In this document: positions 20,664 through 29,812 of the stretch, in pieces | Layout: every line of letters begins with the position of its first letter | Numbering within the stretch: position 1 is the stretch's first letter | Assembly (NCBI GenBank): GCA_963717935.1 | Contig: CAVQXP010000004.1 | Span: forward strand, 1,440,001 to 1,504,000 | Length of the DNA: 64,000 nucleotides | Reading direction: 5' to 3' | Source: Candidatus Eiseniibacteriota bacterium | Lineage (GTDB): Bacteria > Eisenbacteria > RBG-16-71-46 | The notes under the pieces: model-generated | What the model saw: only the letters and a program-made list of their open reading frames with translations | Databases searched by the model: none | Told to the model about the DNA's origin: nothing | Position numbers and translations under genes: made by a program

Positions 20664-21872
20664 CTACCTCCGCGCGCTCCCCACCGCGCCCGGGATGGCC
20701 GCGAACGCCTGCTCGAGATCGGCGATCAGGTCCTCCGCGTCCTCGATGCCCGTGGAATAGCGCACCAGCCCGTCGGTGATGCCCGCCTCGAGCCGGGCCT
20801 CGCGCGACATCCCCGCGTGCGTCATCGAGGCCGGATGCTCGATGAGCGATTCGACGCCGCCCAGGGAGACGGCCAGGATGGCCAGCTTCACGTTGTCCAT
20901 GACGGTCCGTCCGGCCTCCAGGCCGCCCTTGAGCTCGAAGCTGATCATGGTGCCGAAGCCCGACATCTGCCGCTTCGCCAGCTCGTGCTGGGGATGCGAC
21001 GGCAGGCCGATGTAGCGCACCCAGTCCACCTCGGGCCGGGCCTCGAGCCAGCGCGCGATCTCGAGCGCTCCCCGTTGGGCGCGCTCGATGCGGATGCCCA
21101 GGGTCTTCAGGCCGCGGTACGCCATGAACGCCTGGTGCGGGTCCATGTTGCAGCCCAGCGCGATCATCAGCGGGCGCAGGCGGCGGTCCATCTCCTCGGT
21201 CTTCGCGATCACGATGCCGCCGACGATGTCGGCGTGACCGTTGAGGAACTTGGTCACCGAGTGCAGCACGACGTCGGCGCCCAGGTCGAGGGGCTTCTGC
21301 AGGTAGGGGGAGGCGAAGGTGTTGTCCACCACCAGCGGACAGCCGTGCGCGTGCGCGATCTCGGCCACCGCCTTGACGTCGGTGACCTGCATGGCCGGGT
21401 TGGAAGGGGTCTCGATGTAGACCAGCTTCGTGTTCGGCCGCAGGGCCTTCCGTACGTTCGCCACGTCGGTCGTGTCCACGAAGGTGGCCTCGACGCCGAA
21501 GCGGGAGAGGTGCTTCTCGACCAGGCCGCGCGACGGCCCGTAGACCGAGGCCGTGCTCACCATGTGGGCGCCCTTCTCCAGCAGCGCCATGTAGACGATC
21601 GAGACCGCGCCCATGCCCGAGCTCGCGGCGATGCCGCGCCGGCCGTTCTCCAGCTCGCCGACGCACTCCTCCAGCGCCCTGATCGTCGGGTTGCCCAGGC
21701 GGGTGTAGATGTAACCGTCGTCCGCGCCCCCGAAGAGAGCTGCCCCGTGCTCGGCGTTGCGGAAGGCGAAGGTGGAGGTCTGGTAGATGGGGACCGTCAC
21801 GGCCCCGGTGGGGTCGCCATGGAACCCGGCGTGCACCAGCCGGGTGTTGATTCCCTGTTTCTTCGACTTCAC
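20664..21872 (-). CDS. Trans-sulfuration PLP enzyme (methionine gamma-lyase / cystathionine gamma-synthase family)
   Basis: PIYQTSTF, YTRLGNPT, ETPSNP, DNTFASP, HSVTKFLNGH, AVSLGGVESL. Confidence 0.9.
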   Translation of the reverse strand: MKSKKQGINTRLVHAGFHGDPTGAVTVPIYQTSTFAFRNAEHGAALFGGADDGYIYTRLGNPTIRALEECVGELENGRRGIAASSGMGAVSIVYMALLEKGAHMVSTASVYGPSRGLVEKHLSRFGVEATFVDTTDVANVRKALRPNTKLVYIETPSNPAMQVTDVKAVAEIAHAHGCPLVVDNTFASPYLQKPLDLGADVVLHSVTKFLNGHADIVGGIVIAKTEEMDRRLRPLMIALGCNMDPHQAFMAYRGLKTLGIRIERAQRGALEIARWLEARPEVDWVRYIGLPSHPQHELAKRQMSGFGTMISFELKGGLEAGRTVMDNVKLAILAVSLGGVESLIEHPASMTHAGMSREARLEAGITDGLVRYSTGIEDAEDLIADLEQAFAAIPGAVGSARR

Positions 21873-22019
21873 GACGGCCTCCCTCGGGGCGGAGTGGTCC
21901 GGGTCACGAGCGGTACGGTGGAAGGGACGGCGAGATTACAGGTTCGCCCCGGCGAGGCTCAAGCGGGGTGGGGGTGGGCGCGCGGCGCCGCGGGCGCGCG
22001 CGGCGCGTTGGCCGCGTGC

Positions 22020-22250
22020 CTACGCCGGCCGGACGAGGATCTCCCCGGCCACGGCGTCGTCCAGCGAGATCTCCGTCTCTCCCACCCGCAGCACCAGCGC
22101 CGGTTTGCGCTGCAGGACCACGAGCCAGGAGCCCGGCATGAGCCCGAGCGCCCCGAGGCGCGCGAGCCGGGCGTGGTTGTCGGACTTGAGTTCGACCACC
22201 TGGGCCCGCTGGCCCGACTTCAGGCGATGCAGCGGCACGGCGCGGTTCAC
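22020..22250 (-). CDS. feoA: Ferrous iron transport protein A
   Basis: 76-aa SH3-like protein, RLGALGLMPG, EISLD; downstream of feoB. Confidence 0.85.
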   Translation of the reverse strand: MNRAVPLHRLKSGQRAQVVELKSDNHARLARLGALGLMPGSWLVVLQRKPALVLRVGETEISLDDAVAGEILVRPA

Positions 22251-22459
22251 GGGCTCGGCTCCTTTTTGTCGGGTTCACCGGGCGAGTGCATCAGGCGGCG
22301 CAGCAGCTTCGCGGCACCCGACTTGCTCTCGTCCACCATCTGGTAGCCGCAGTTCGGGCAGCAGAGGAGGCTGCAGCCCTGGATCGCGGCCATCGGGCAC
22401 TCGCTGGCGCAGGAGTGGTCGGTCTCGTCGAAGTCGCAGCCGCAGAGTGGACAGTGCAT
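22247..22459 (-). CDS. Small Cys-rich protein (70 aa, 9 Cys) between feoB and feoA
   Basis: MHCPLCGCDFDETDHSCASECPMAAIQGCSLLCCPNCGYQ...; starts 8 nt after the feoB stop; its stop overlaps the feoA start. Confidence 0.8.
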   Translation of the reverse strand: MHCPLCGCDFDETDHSCASECPMAAIQGCSLLCCPNCGYQMVDESKSGAAKLLRRLMHSPGEPDKKEPSP

Positions 22460-22467
22460 GGTGCGCC

Positions 22468-24411
22468 TCAGAAGTGGACGCCGAAGGCGAGCAGCCCGAA
22501 GTGGAGCAGCACGCCGACGGCGAAGGCGAACGGGAAGACGAAGCCCACGACCCAGAATGCGACCCTGGCCCCGTACTCGCGCGCGATGACGAGCACGTTG
22601 GCGAAGCAGGGCACGAACAAGGTGATGACGACCAGGCTCACCAGCACCTGCGGCACGTTGAGCGCGCCAGCGCGGGCCATCGCGAACAGCCCGGCGGCGC
22701 CATAGTCCCGGCGCAGGAAGCCGACGACGAAGGAGGCGGTGGTGGCGCGTGGCAGGCCCAGCCCGCCCTCGACCAGCGGAGCGGCCCAGCGTTCGAGCTG
22801 ATGCAGGGCCCCGGTGCGGTCGAGCACGAAGAGCAGCAAGGTGCCCAGCGCGAAGAGCGGCAGCACCTCCTTGAGGTACCACTCAAGGCGGGCTACGGTC
22901 TTCACGATGATGTTGACGAGCTGCGGCCGGCGGATCGGCGGCAATTCGAGGATGAAATCGGAGCGCTCGCCGGGGATCACCCGCGAGGCGGCCCAGCCGA
23001 CGGCGAACATCACGCCGGTGACGACCCCGCCCCAGACCACGACCGCCGCCGGGGGCAGGTAGGCGATCATGCCCATGATGACCCCGAGTTGCGCCGAGCA
23101 GGGCACCCCCAGTGCCAGCAGCAGCGTGACCATCAGGCGGTCCTTGCGGGTCTCGAGGATGCGTGTCGTCATCGTGGCCATGGTGTCGCAGCCCAGGCCC
23201 AGCACCATCGGGAGCACGGCCTTGCCATTGAGACCGAGGGCCTTGAAGGGGCGGTCCATCATCACCGCGAGCCGCGGCAGGTAGCCCGAGTCCTCGAGCA
23301 GCCCGAAGGCGATGAAGAAGGTGAGCACGATGGGCATGACGATGGCGACGCCGTAGGTGAGCGCCATGGTGATGAGCCCGTACGGGCCCACGAGCAGGTC
23401 GCGCACCAGCGGCACGGGGATGAGACCCGCCAGCCGGACGGCGAGCGGATTCACGCCGTGGCCGAAGAACACGTGCTCCATCCAGTTGACGCACACGCCC
23501 GCGCCCAGGCGCCCGACGAAGAGGTAGAAGAGGGCAAGCACGGCGATCAGCACGGGCACGCCCCAGACCGGGTGCAGGGCCAGGCGCCCCAGGGTCTCGC
23601 CCGCGTGCGCCTGCCGGGTCTCGGGGTGCCGGACGACCTCGGCGACCAGTTCGTCCACGGCATGCAGCCGCTGCTGGGTGAGCACGAAGTGGAGCGGCCG
23701 CGGGTAGCGCTCCGCCGTCCGGGCGACGAGCGCCTCGATCTCCGCGCGGTGCGCCCTCCCGTAGCGTTCCGTCAGCTCCCCATCGCCGGCCAGGATCATC
23801 AGCGCGATGGCCCGCTCGTCCCCGCTGCGTCCTTCGAGCAGGGGCTCCAGCCGGTCGACCGCAGCCTCGATCGTCGGGTCGTAGCGGACCCGGTGACGCG
23901 CGGGGCGCGCGGCCTGGAAGCGCGAGCGGAGCGCCTCGATGCCCTCGCCCGTCACGGCCACGGTGGGCACCACCTGGGCGCCCAGCAACTGCTCGAGGCG
24001 CCCGGTGTCCACCTGGATGCCGCGCTCGCGGGCCTCGTCCACCATGTTGACGTCGAGCAGCAGGGGCCGGTCCAGCTCCGCGAGTTGCACGGTGAGCAGC
24101 AGGCTGCGCCGCAGGTTGCGCGCGTCGGCCACCTGCAGCACCAGGCTCCCGCCGCGTTCGAGCAGGAGGTCGCGGGTGACGCGCTCGTCGTCCGAGCGGG
24201 CGTGCAGGGACTGGATGCCGGGCGTGTCCACCAGCGGCATCCCGTCCGTGTGCCCGGTGCTCAGCTCGACGGTCGTGCCGGGGAAGTTCGAGATCTCGAC
24301 GTAGTGCCCGGTGAGCGCGCCGAACAGGGCGCTCTTGCCCACGTTCGGGTTGCCGACGAGGATGACGTGAGCGTCGTCCTCGAGGGAGGAGGCGATCGGG
24401 AATCGGGTCAT
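22468..24411 (-). CDS. feoB: Ferrous iron transport protein B
   Basis: GNPNVGKS, NFPGTT, DTPG, NMVD, LEDSGYLPR, GLGC, PCSAQL, ELP. Confidence 0.95.
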   Translation of the reverse strand: MTRFPIASSLEDDAHVILVGNPNVGKSALFGALTGHYVEISNFPGTTVELSTGHTDGMPLVDTPGIQSLHARSDDERVTRDLLLERGGSLVLQVADARNLRRSLLLTVQLAELDRPLLLDVNMVDEARERGIQVDTGRLEQLLGAQVVPTVAVTGEGIEALRSRFQAARPARHRVRYDPTIEAAVDRLEPLLEGRSGDERAIALMILAGDGELTERYGRAHRAEIEALVARTAERYPRPLHFVLTQQRLHAVDELVAEVVRHPETRQAHAGETLGRLALHPVWGVPVLIAVLALFYLFVGRLGAGVCVNWMEHVFFGHGVNPLAVRLAGLIPVPLVRDLLVGPYGLITMALTYGVAIVMPIVLTFFIAFGLLEDSGYLPRLAVMMDRPFKALGLNGKAVLPMVLGLGCDTMATMTTRILETRKDRLMVTLLLALGVPCSAQLGVIMGMIAYLPPAAVVVWGGVVTGVMFAVGWAASRVIPGERSDFILELPPIRRPQLVNIIVKTVARLEWYLKEVLPLFALGTLLLFVLDRTGALHQLERWAAPLVEGGLGLPRATTASFVVGFLRRDYGAAGLFAMARAGALNVPQVLVSLVVITLFVPCFANVLVIAREYGARVAFWVVGFVFPFAFAVGVLLHFGLLAFGVHF

Positions 24412-24657
24412 GGATTGCCGGAGGCAGGCTCCTGGTGGGGTCCGGCCGCGTCATGGCCGTGGGTCGGCCCCCATGTAACCACGTCGGGTCCGGGAGCGAA
24501 AGCGAGTGGCCGCGGGCGCTCGTCGTCTCCTTTTGCCGCTCCGGTCGCCGGAAGACGTACCGCTCGAGGGTCGCATGGCCTAGAATGCCCGCCGTCTGTG
24601 CCCGGCACTCGCGCCACCCGGCGCGCCAACCCCCAACCGGAAGGTGGGAGCAGGACG

Positions 24658-27600
24658 ATGAGACGATCCCTTGCCGCGTTGCTCGCGCTCGTGACTCTGG
24701 TGGCTCTGCCCGTGAACGCCGCCGAGGTCAGCCGCAAGCCGGCTCAGCCGGCCAAGGCCAGGCCCGCCGCGTCCGCGAAGTCCGCGGCGCGCGCGGGGTC
24801 CGACAGCCTGCTCAAGCCCGGGACCTTCACCGGGCTCGAGTTGCGCGCGATCGGACCCGCCATGAACTCGGGGCGCATCAGCGACCTGGCCGTGCACCCG
24901 GGGCAGCGGGCCACCTGGTACGTGGCGGTGGCCTGCGGCGGTGTCTGGAAGACGGTCAACGCCGGCAACACCTTCACACCCATCTTCGACCAGCAGGGTG
25001 TGTACTCGATCGGCTGCGTGGCCGTGGACCCGAAGAACCCCCTCGTCGTCTGGGTCGGCACCGGCGAGAACAACAGCCAGCGCTCGGTGGGCTACGGCGA
25101 CGGGGTCTACAAGTCGGAGGACGGCGGGAAGACCTGGGAGAACGTGGGCCTCAAGGCCTCCGAGCACATCGGCAGGATCGTGATCGACCCGCGCGACCCG
25201 AACACCGTCTACGTCGCGGCGCAGGGCCCGCTCTGGGCCGACGGCGGCGACCGCGGGCTCTACAAGAGCGTGAACGGCGGGAAGGACTGGAAGAAGGTGC
25301 TCGAGATCAGCCCGCGCACCGGCGTGTCGGACCTCTGGTGCGACCCGCGCGACCCCGACGTGCTCTACGCGAGCGCCTACCAGCGCCGCCGCCACGTCTG
25401 GGCGATGCTGGACGGCGGCCCCGAGAGCGCGATCTACAAGTCCACCGACGCCGGCACGACCTGGAAGAAGCTCGAGAACGGGCTGCCGAAGGAGGACATG
25501 GGGCGCATCGGGCTCGCGGTCTCGCCGGCCGACCCCGACGTCATCTACGCCGTCATCGAGGCGGCGAACAAGGCGGGTGGCACCTTCCGCTCGACCGACG
25601 CGGGTGCGAACTGGGAGAAGGTGAACGACTACGTCTCGCCGAGCGCCCAGTACTACAACGAGCTGATCCCCGACCCGAAGGTCGTGGGGCGCGTCTATTC
25701 GATGGACACCTGGATGATGGTGACCGAGGACGGGGGCAAGACCTGGCGGCGCGTGGGCGAGAAGTACAAGCACGTGGACAACCACGCCCTGTGGATCGAC
25801 CCCGATGACACGAAGCACCTGATCGCCGGTTGCGACGGCGGCCTCTACGATTCCTTCGACCGCGGGGCCAACTGGCGCTTCTTCGGCAACCTGCCGGTGA
25901 CCCAGTTCTACAAGGTGGGTCTGGACAACGCGACGCCCTTCTACAATGTCTACGGCGGCACGCAGGACAACAACACGCTGGGCGGCCCGTCCCGCACCCT
26001 CAACCAGCACGGCATCATGAACCAGGACTGGTTCATCACCACCGGCGGCGATGGCTACCAGACCCAGGTGGACCCCGAGGATCCGGACGTCCTCTACTCC
26101 ATGTCGCAGTACGGGGTGCTGGTCCGCTACGACCGCAAGACCGGCGAGCAGACGGACATCCAGCCGCAGCCGGGCGCCGACAACGCGCCGTTGCGCTGGA
26201 ACTGGGACTCGCCGCTCTTCATCAGCCCGCACTCGCACACCCGCCTCTACTTCGCGGCGAACAAGCTGTTCCGCAGCGACGACCGCGGCGACTCGTGGCA
26301 GGCGGTGAGCTCCGACCTCACGCGGCAGATCGACCGCAACAAGCTCAAGTTGATGGGCCGGGTCTGGAGCGTGGACGCGGTCGCCAAGAACGCCTCGACC
26401 TCGCTCTACGGCAACATCGTGGCCATCGCGGAGTCGCCGCTCAGGGAAGGCCTGCTGTTCGTCGGCACGGACGACGGGCTCATCCAGATCAGCGAGGATG
26501 GCGGCGGGACCTGGCGGAGGATCGAGAAGTTCCCCGGGGTGCCGGAGCTGTCGTACGTCTCGCGGGTCACGCCCTCGCAGCACGACGTCAGCACGCTCTA
26601 CGCCACCTTCGAGAACCACAAGCAGGCCGACTTCAAGCCCTACGTGCTCAAGAGCACGGACCTGGGACGCAGCTGGACGCCGATCGCGGCGAACCTGCCC
26701 GAGAACGGTCCGGTCTGGGTGGTGCTCGAGGACCACGTGAACCGGAACCTGCTCTTCGCGGGCACCGAGTTCGGAGTGTTCTTCACCAACGACGGCGGGA
26801 AGAAGTGGGTGCAGCTCAAGGGCGGCATGCCGCCGATCTGCGTGAAGGACCTCGCCATCCAGAAGCGCGAGAACGACCTGGTCGTGGCCACCTTCGGCCG
26901 CGGCTTCTATGTCCTCGACGATTACTCGCCGCTGCGCACGGCCGACGGGGCGATGCTCTCGCGGGAGAGCGCGCTGCTGCCGCCGCGCCCCGCGTGGGCC
27001 TACATGGAGTCCTATCCGCTGGGCGACCCCGGCAAGAGCCAGCAGGGTGACGGCTTCTACACGGCGTCCAATCCGCCCTATGGCGCCGTCTTCACCTACT
27101 ACCTGCGCGACGAGATCAAGAGCCGGAAGGAAGCGCGCCACGAGCAGGAGAAGGAGATCCAGAAGAAGGACGGCGACACCTTCTATCCGCCGTGGGACGC
27201 GCTGCGCACCGAGACGCGCGAAGAGGACCCGGCCATCCTGCTCACCGTGACCGACGAGGCGGGCGGCGTGGTGCGCCGCATCGTCGGGCCGGTGTCCGCG
27301 GGATTCCACCGCGTGGCCTGGGACCTGCGCTACCCGGCCGCGAATCCCACCTCGCTCGCCAAGCCCGCTGAGTTGGCGCCCTGGGACCGTGCCCCGGCGG
27401 GCCCGCTGGCGGCTCCGGGCACCTACCAGGTCTCCCTCGCCAGACGGGTCGAGGGCAAGGTCGTCCCGCTCGCCGGCCCGGTGGGGTTCTCGGTGGACGT
27501 GCTGGGCGTCTCGGCCCTGCCGCCCGCCGACCGGAGCGCCACGCTCGCCTTCCAGAAGAAGATCGCGCGCCTGCAGCGCGCGGTGCTGGGCGCGGGTGAG

Positions 27601-28005
27601 AGCGCCCGCGAAGCGCAGCGGCGGCTCGACCACCTCAAGAAGGCGCTGCTCGACACGCCGGCGGCCGACCCGCGGCTCTCCGACGAGGCGCGTGCGATCG
27701 AGTCGCGGCTCAAGGACCTGCAGGTGGCGCTCGGTGGGGACGACCTGCTCGCCGAGAAGAACGAGCCGGTGCCGCCGGCGGTGCAGGACCGCGTGAGCCA
27801 GGTCGTGGGCGGGGCGTGGTACTCGACTTCGGCGCCCACGAAGACGCACCAGCAGTGCTACGACATCGCGGCGGCCCAGTTCGCCCCGGTGCTCGAGAAG
27901 TTGCGCGCGCTGATCGACGTGGACCTGAAGCGGCTCGAGGAGCAGGCGGAGTCGGCGGGCTCGCCGTGGACGCCAGGCCGCGTGCCGACCTGGAAGCCGG
28001 AGTAG
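24658..28005 (+). CDS. Secreted sortilin/VPS10-like BNR-repeat beta-propeller protein (~1115 aa)
   Basis: Signal peptide, GP-SGRI, about 11 Asp-box repeats (SxDGGKTW type), HVDNH, GGTQDN, GGDG, C-terminal helical tail. Confidence 0.88.
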   Translation: MRRSLAALLALVTLVALPVNAAEVSRKPAQPAKARPAASAKSAARAGSDSLLKPGTFTGLELRAIGPAMNSGRISDLAVHPGQRATWYVAVACGGVWKTVNAGNTFTPIFDQQGVYSIGCVAVDPKNPLVVWVGTGENNSQRSVGYGDGVYKSEDGGKTWENVGLKASEHIGRIVIDPRDPNTVYVAAQGPLWADGGDRGLYKSVNGGKDWKKVLEISPRTGVSDLWCDPRDPDVLYASAYQRRRHVWAMLDGGPESAIYKSTDAGTTWKKLENGLPKEDMGRIGLAVSPADPDVIYAVIEAANKAGGTFRSTDAGANWEKVNDYVSPSAQYYNELIPDPKVVGRVYSMDTWMMVTEDGGKTWRRVGEKYKHVDNHALWIDPDDTKHLIAGCDGGLYDSFDRGANWRFFGNLPVTQFYKVGLDNATPFYNVYGGTQDNNTLGGPSRTLNQHGIMNQDWFITTGGDGYQTQVDPEDPDVLYSMSQYGVLVRYDRKTGEQTDIQPQPGADNAPLRWNWDSPLFISPHSHTRLYFAANKLFRSDDRGDSWQAVSSDLTRQIDRNKLKLMGRVWSVDAVAKNASTSLYGNIVAIAESPLREGLLFVGTDDGLIQISEDGGGTWRRIEKFPGVPELSYVSRVTPSQHDVSTLYATFENHKQADFKPYVLKSTDLGRSWTPIAANLPENGPVWVVLEDHVNRNLLFAGTEFGVFFTNDGGKKWVQLKGGMPPICVKDLAIQKRENDLVVATFGRGFYVLDDYSPLRTADGAMLSRESALLPPRPAWAYMESYPLGDPGKSQQGDGFYTASNPPYGAVFTYYLRDEIKSRKEARHEQEKEIQKKDGDTFYPPWDALRTETREEDPAILLTVTDEAGGVVRRIVGPVSAGFHRVAWDLRYPAANPTSLAKPAELAPWDRAPAGPLAAPGTYQVSLARRVEGKVVPLAGPVGFSVDVLGVSALPPADRSATLAFQKKIARLQRAVLGAGESAREAQRRLDHLKKALLDTPAADPRLSDEARAIESRLKDLQVALGGDDLLAEKNEPVPPAVQDRVSQVVGGAWYSTSAPTKTHQQCYDIAAAQFAPVLEKLRALIDVDLKRLEEQAESAGSPWTPGRVPTWKPE

Positions 28006-28015
28006 CGACTGGGTG

Positions 28016-28044
28016 GGGGCCGGTTCCCGACGGGGGCCGGCCCC
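28016..28044 (+). terminator. GC hairpin after the VPS10-like gene
   Basis: GGGGCCGGTTCCC...GGGGGCCGGCCCC; no U-tract. Confidence 0.35.
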
Positions 28045-28168
28045 GGCCGCATCGGGCGTGTGCATCGCCGCGGGCTTGACCCCGCCCGCGACTTGGTCCG
28101 TAATAGTCTCGGGGTGCGTTTGAGACGCGTGGCCCCACGAGCCGCTTCGCGATGACAGGGGAGAGCCC

Positions 28169-29758
28169 ATGACCGAAGAAGAGAAGCAGAGCGCCGAGTC
28201 CGCCGCGGCCGCCGCCGTGGTGAAGCCCAATCCGTTCCAGGAGATCGTCCAGCCCTTCGTGGACGTCTGGCACGCGCCGCGCGCCCTGTGGGGCGTGAAC
28301 CTCGGCTACATGCTCGAGGGCCTGGCCTACTTCGGCGTGCTCGGCTACCTCGCGATCTACTTCTCGCAGGAGGTGTTCGCGGGGGTGGCGAACCCCGACA
28401 CCTACGCGCACAGCATGGTGGCGGTGCTTACCGGAGGCATCACCATCGCCATGCTCTTCCTGGGCTTCGTGCCCGACAAGTGGGGCGTGCGCCGGGCGCT
28501 CATCTGGTCGTTCGTGCTCCTCATCCTGGGACGCGTGCTGATCGCCGCGGCGCCGACGGTCCTGCACCTGCGCGCCGGGCTCTGGTCGCCGCTCCATGTG
28601 GCCACCATGGCGGGCATCCTGATCGTGGTCGTCGGCTACGGCATGTACCAGCCGGCGGCCTACGCCGCGGTCCGGCAGTTCACCACGCCCAGGACCTCGG
28701 GCATGGCGTACGCGATGCTCTACGCCCTCATGAATCTGGGCGGCTGGTTCCCCACGTTCGCGTTCCTGCTCCGCGACAAGGACTTCGCCAACCTCGGCAT
28801 CCCGGGGACGTTCTGGTTCTACGTCGGGATCACGGTCGTGGGGCTGGTCTCGACCGTCGTCCTCCTCACCGGGCGGACGGTCGCGAACGCCATCCAGAAG
28901 GCGAAGGAGCAGACCGCGCTCGAGCAGGGCGAGGCGGAGAAGGCGGGGGAGAAGCCCGCCGAGGCCGCCGCAGGGACCAGCGGCCGTTACCCGCCGATCC
29001 AGATGTGGGTGCTGGTGGCGGCCCTGGCTGTCGCGGTGTATCTCAAGGTCCCGGCGCCGACGAACCTCTACAGCGCCGTGCTCGTGGTCGTGGCCTGGGT
29101 CGTCCTCGCGATGGTACCGGCGAGCGGCCGTTTCCTGGCGCGGCATCCGCTCGCGGACCTCAAGTTCTTCTTCTTCATCTTCGCCCTGATCCCGGTGCAG
29201 ACGCTCTTCACTTACAACTGGCTCGTCCTGCCCGAGTACATTTCGCGCGCCTACACCGGCGTGATCGGCAAGTACTTCGAGATCGGCTCCAACTTCAATC
29301 CCATTCTGATCTTCATCCTCACCCCGATCATCGCGGCCCTGACGCTCAAGCGGAGCGTCTACAACATGATGGTCTGGGGCACCTTCATCATGGCGGCGCC
29401 GGCCTTCCTGCTCGCGCTCGGGCCCTCGCCGTGGACGCTGATTTCCTATCTCGTCATCATGACCATCGGCGAGGCGATGTGGTCGCCGCGCTTCCTGCAG
29501 TACGCCGCCGAGATCGCGCCCGAGGGCCGCACGGGCGAGTACATGGGTGTCGCCCAGTTGCCGTGGTTCCTCACCAAGGTGCTCGTCCCGCTGCTCTATT
29601 CGGGCTGGATGATGGACCGTTACTGTCCGGCGCCGCCGCAACCGGTGAACACGCAGCCCATGTGGCTCATCTTCGGCGTCATCGCGATGGGTTCCACGGT
29701 CCTGCTGATGCTGGCGAAGGGCTGGCTCGGCAAGGACTTCAAGACGAAGGCGGCGTAA
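28169..29758 (+). CDS. MFS transporter, POT/peptide-transporter-like
   Basis: Polytopic; PDKWGVRR, YALMNLGG, GEAMWSPR, GEYMG. Confidence 0.8.
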   Translation: MTEEEKQSAESAAAAAVVKPNPFQEIVQPFVDVWHAPRALWGVNLGYMLEGLAYFGVLGYLAIYFSQEVFAGVANPDTYAHSMVAVLTGGITIAMLFLGFVPDKWGVRRALIWSFVLLILGRVLIAAAPTVLHLRAGLWSPLHVATMAGILIVVVGYGMYQPAAYAAVRQFTTPRTSGMAYAMLYALMNLGGWFPTFAFLLRDKDFANLGIPGTFWFYVGITVVGLVSTVVLLTGRTVANAIQKAKEQTALEQGEAEKAGEKPAEAAAGTSGRYPPIQMWVLVAALAVAVYLKVPAPTNLYSAVLVVVAWVVLAMVPASGRFLARHPLADLKFFFFIFALIPVQTLFTYNWLVLPEYISRAYTGVIGKYFEIGSNFNPILIFILTPIIAALTLKRSVYNMMVWGTFIMAAPAFLLALGPSPWTLISYLVIMTIGEAMWSPRFLQYAAEIAPEGRTGEYMGVAQLPWFLTKVLVPLLYSGWMMDRYCPAPPQPVNTQPMWLIFGVIAMGSTVLLMLAKGWLGKDFKTKAA

Positions 29759-29812
29759 GCCGGCGCCGGCGGCCGGCGTCAACCCGGAATCCCTGGAGGA
29801 CTGGTCCACACC

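Noticed and set aside
21787..24657. N-terminal extension making a 2072-aa ORF
   Set aside because: Antisense to feoB/feoA; the real start is ATG 24658, with an SD-like sequence and a signal peptide
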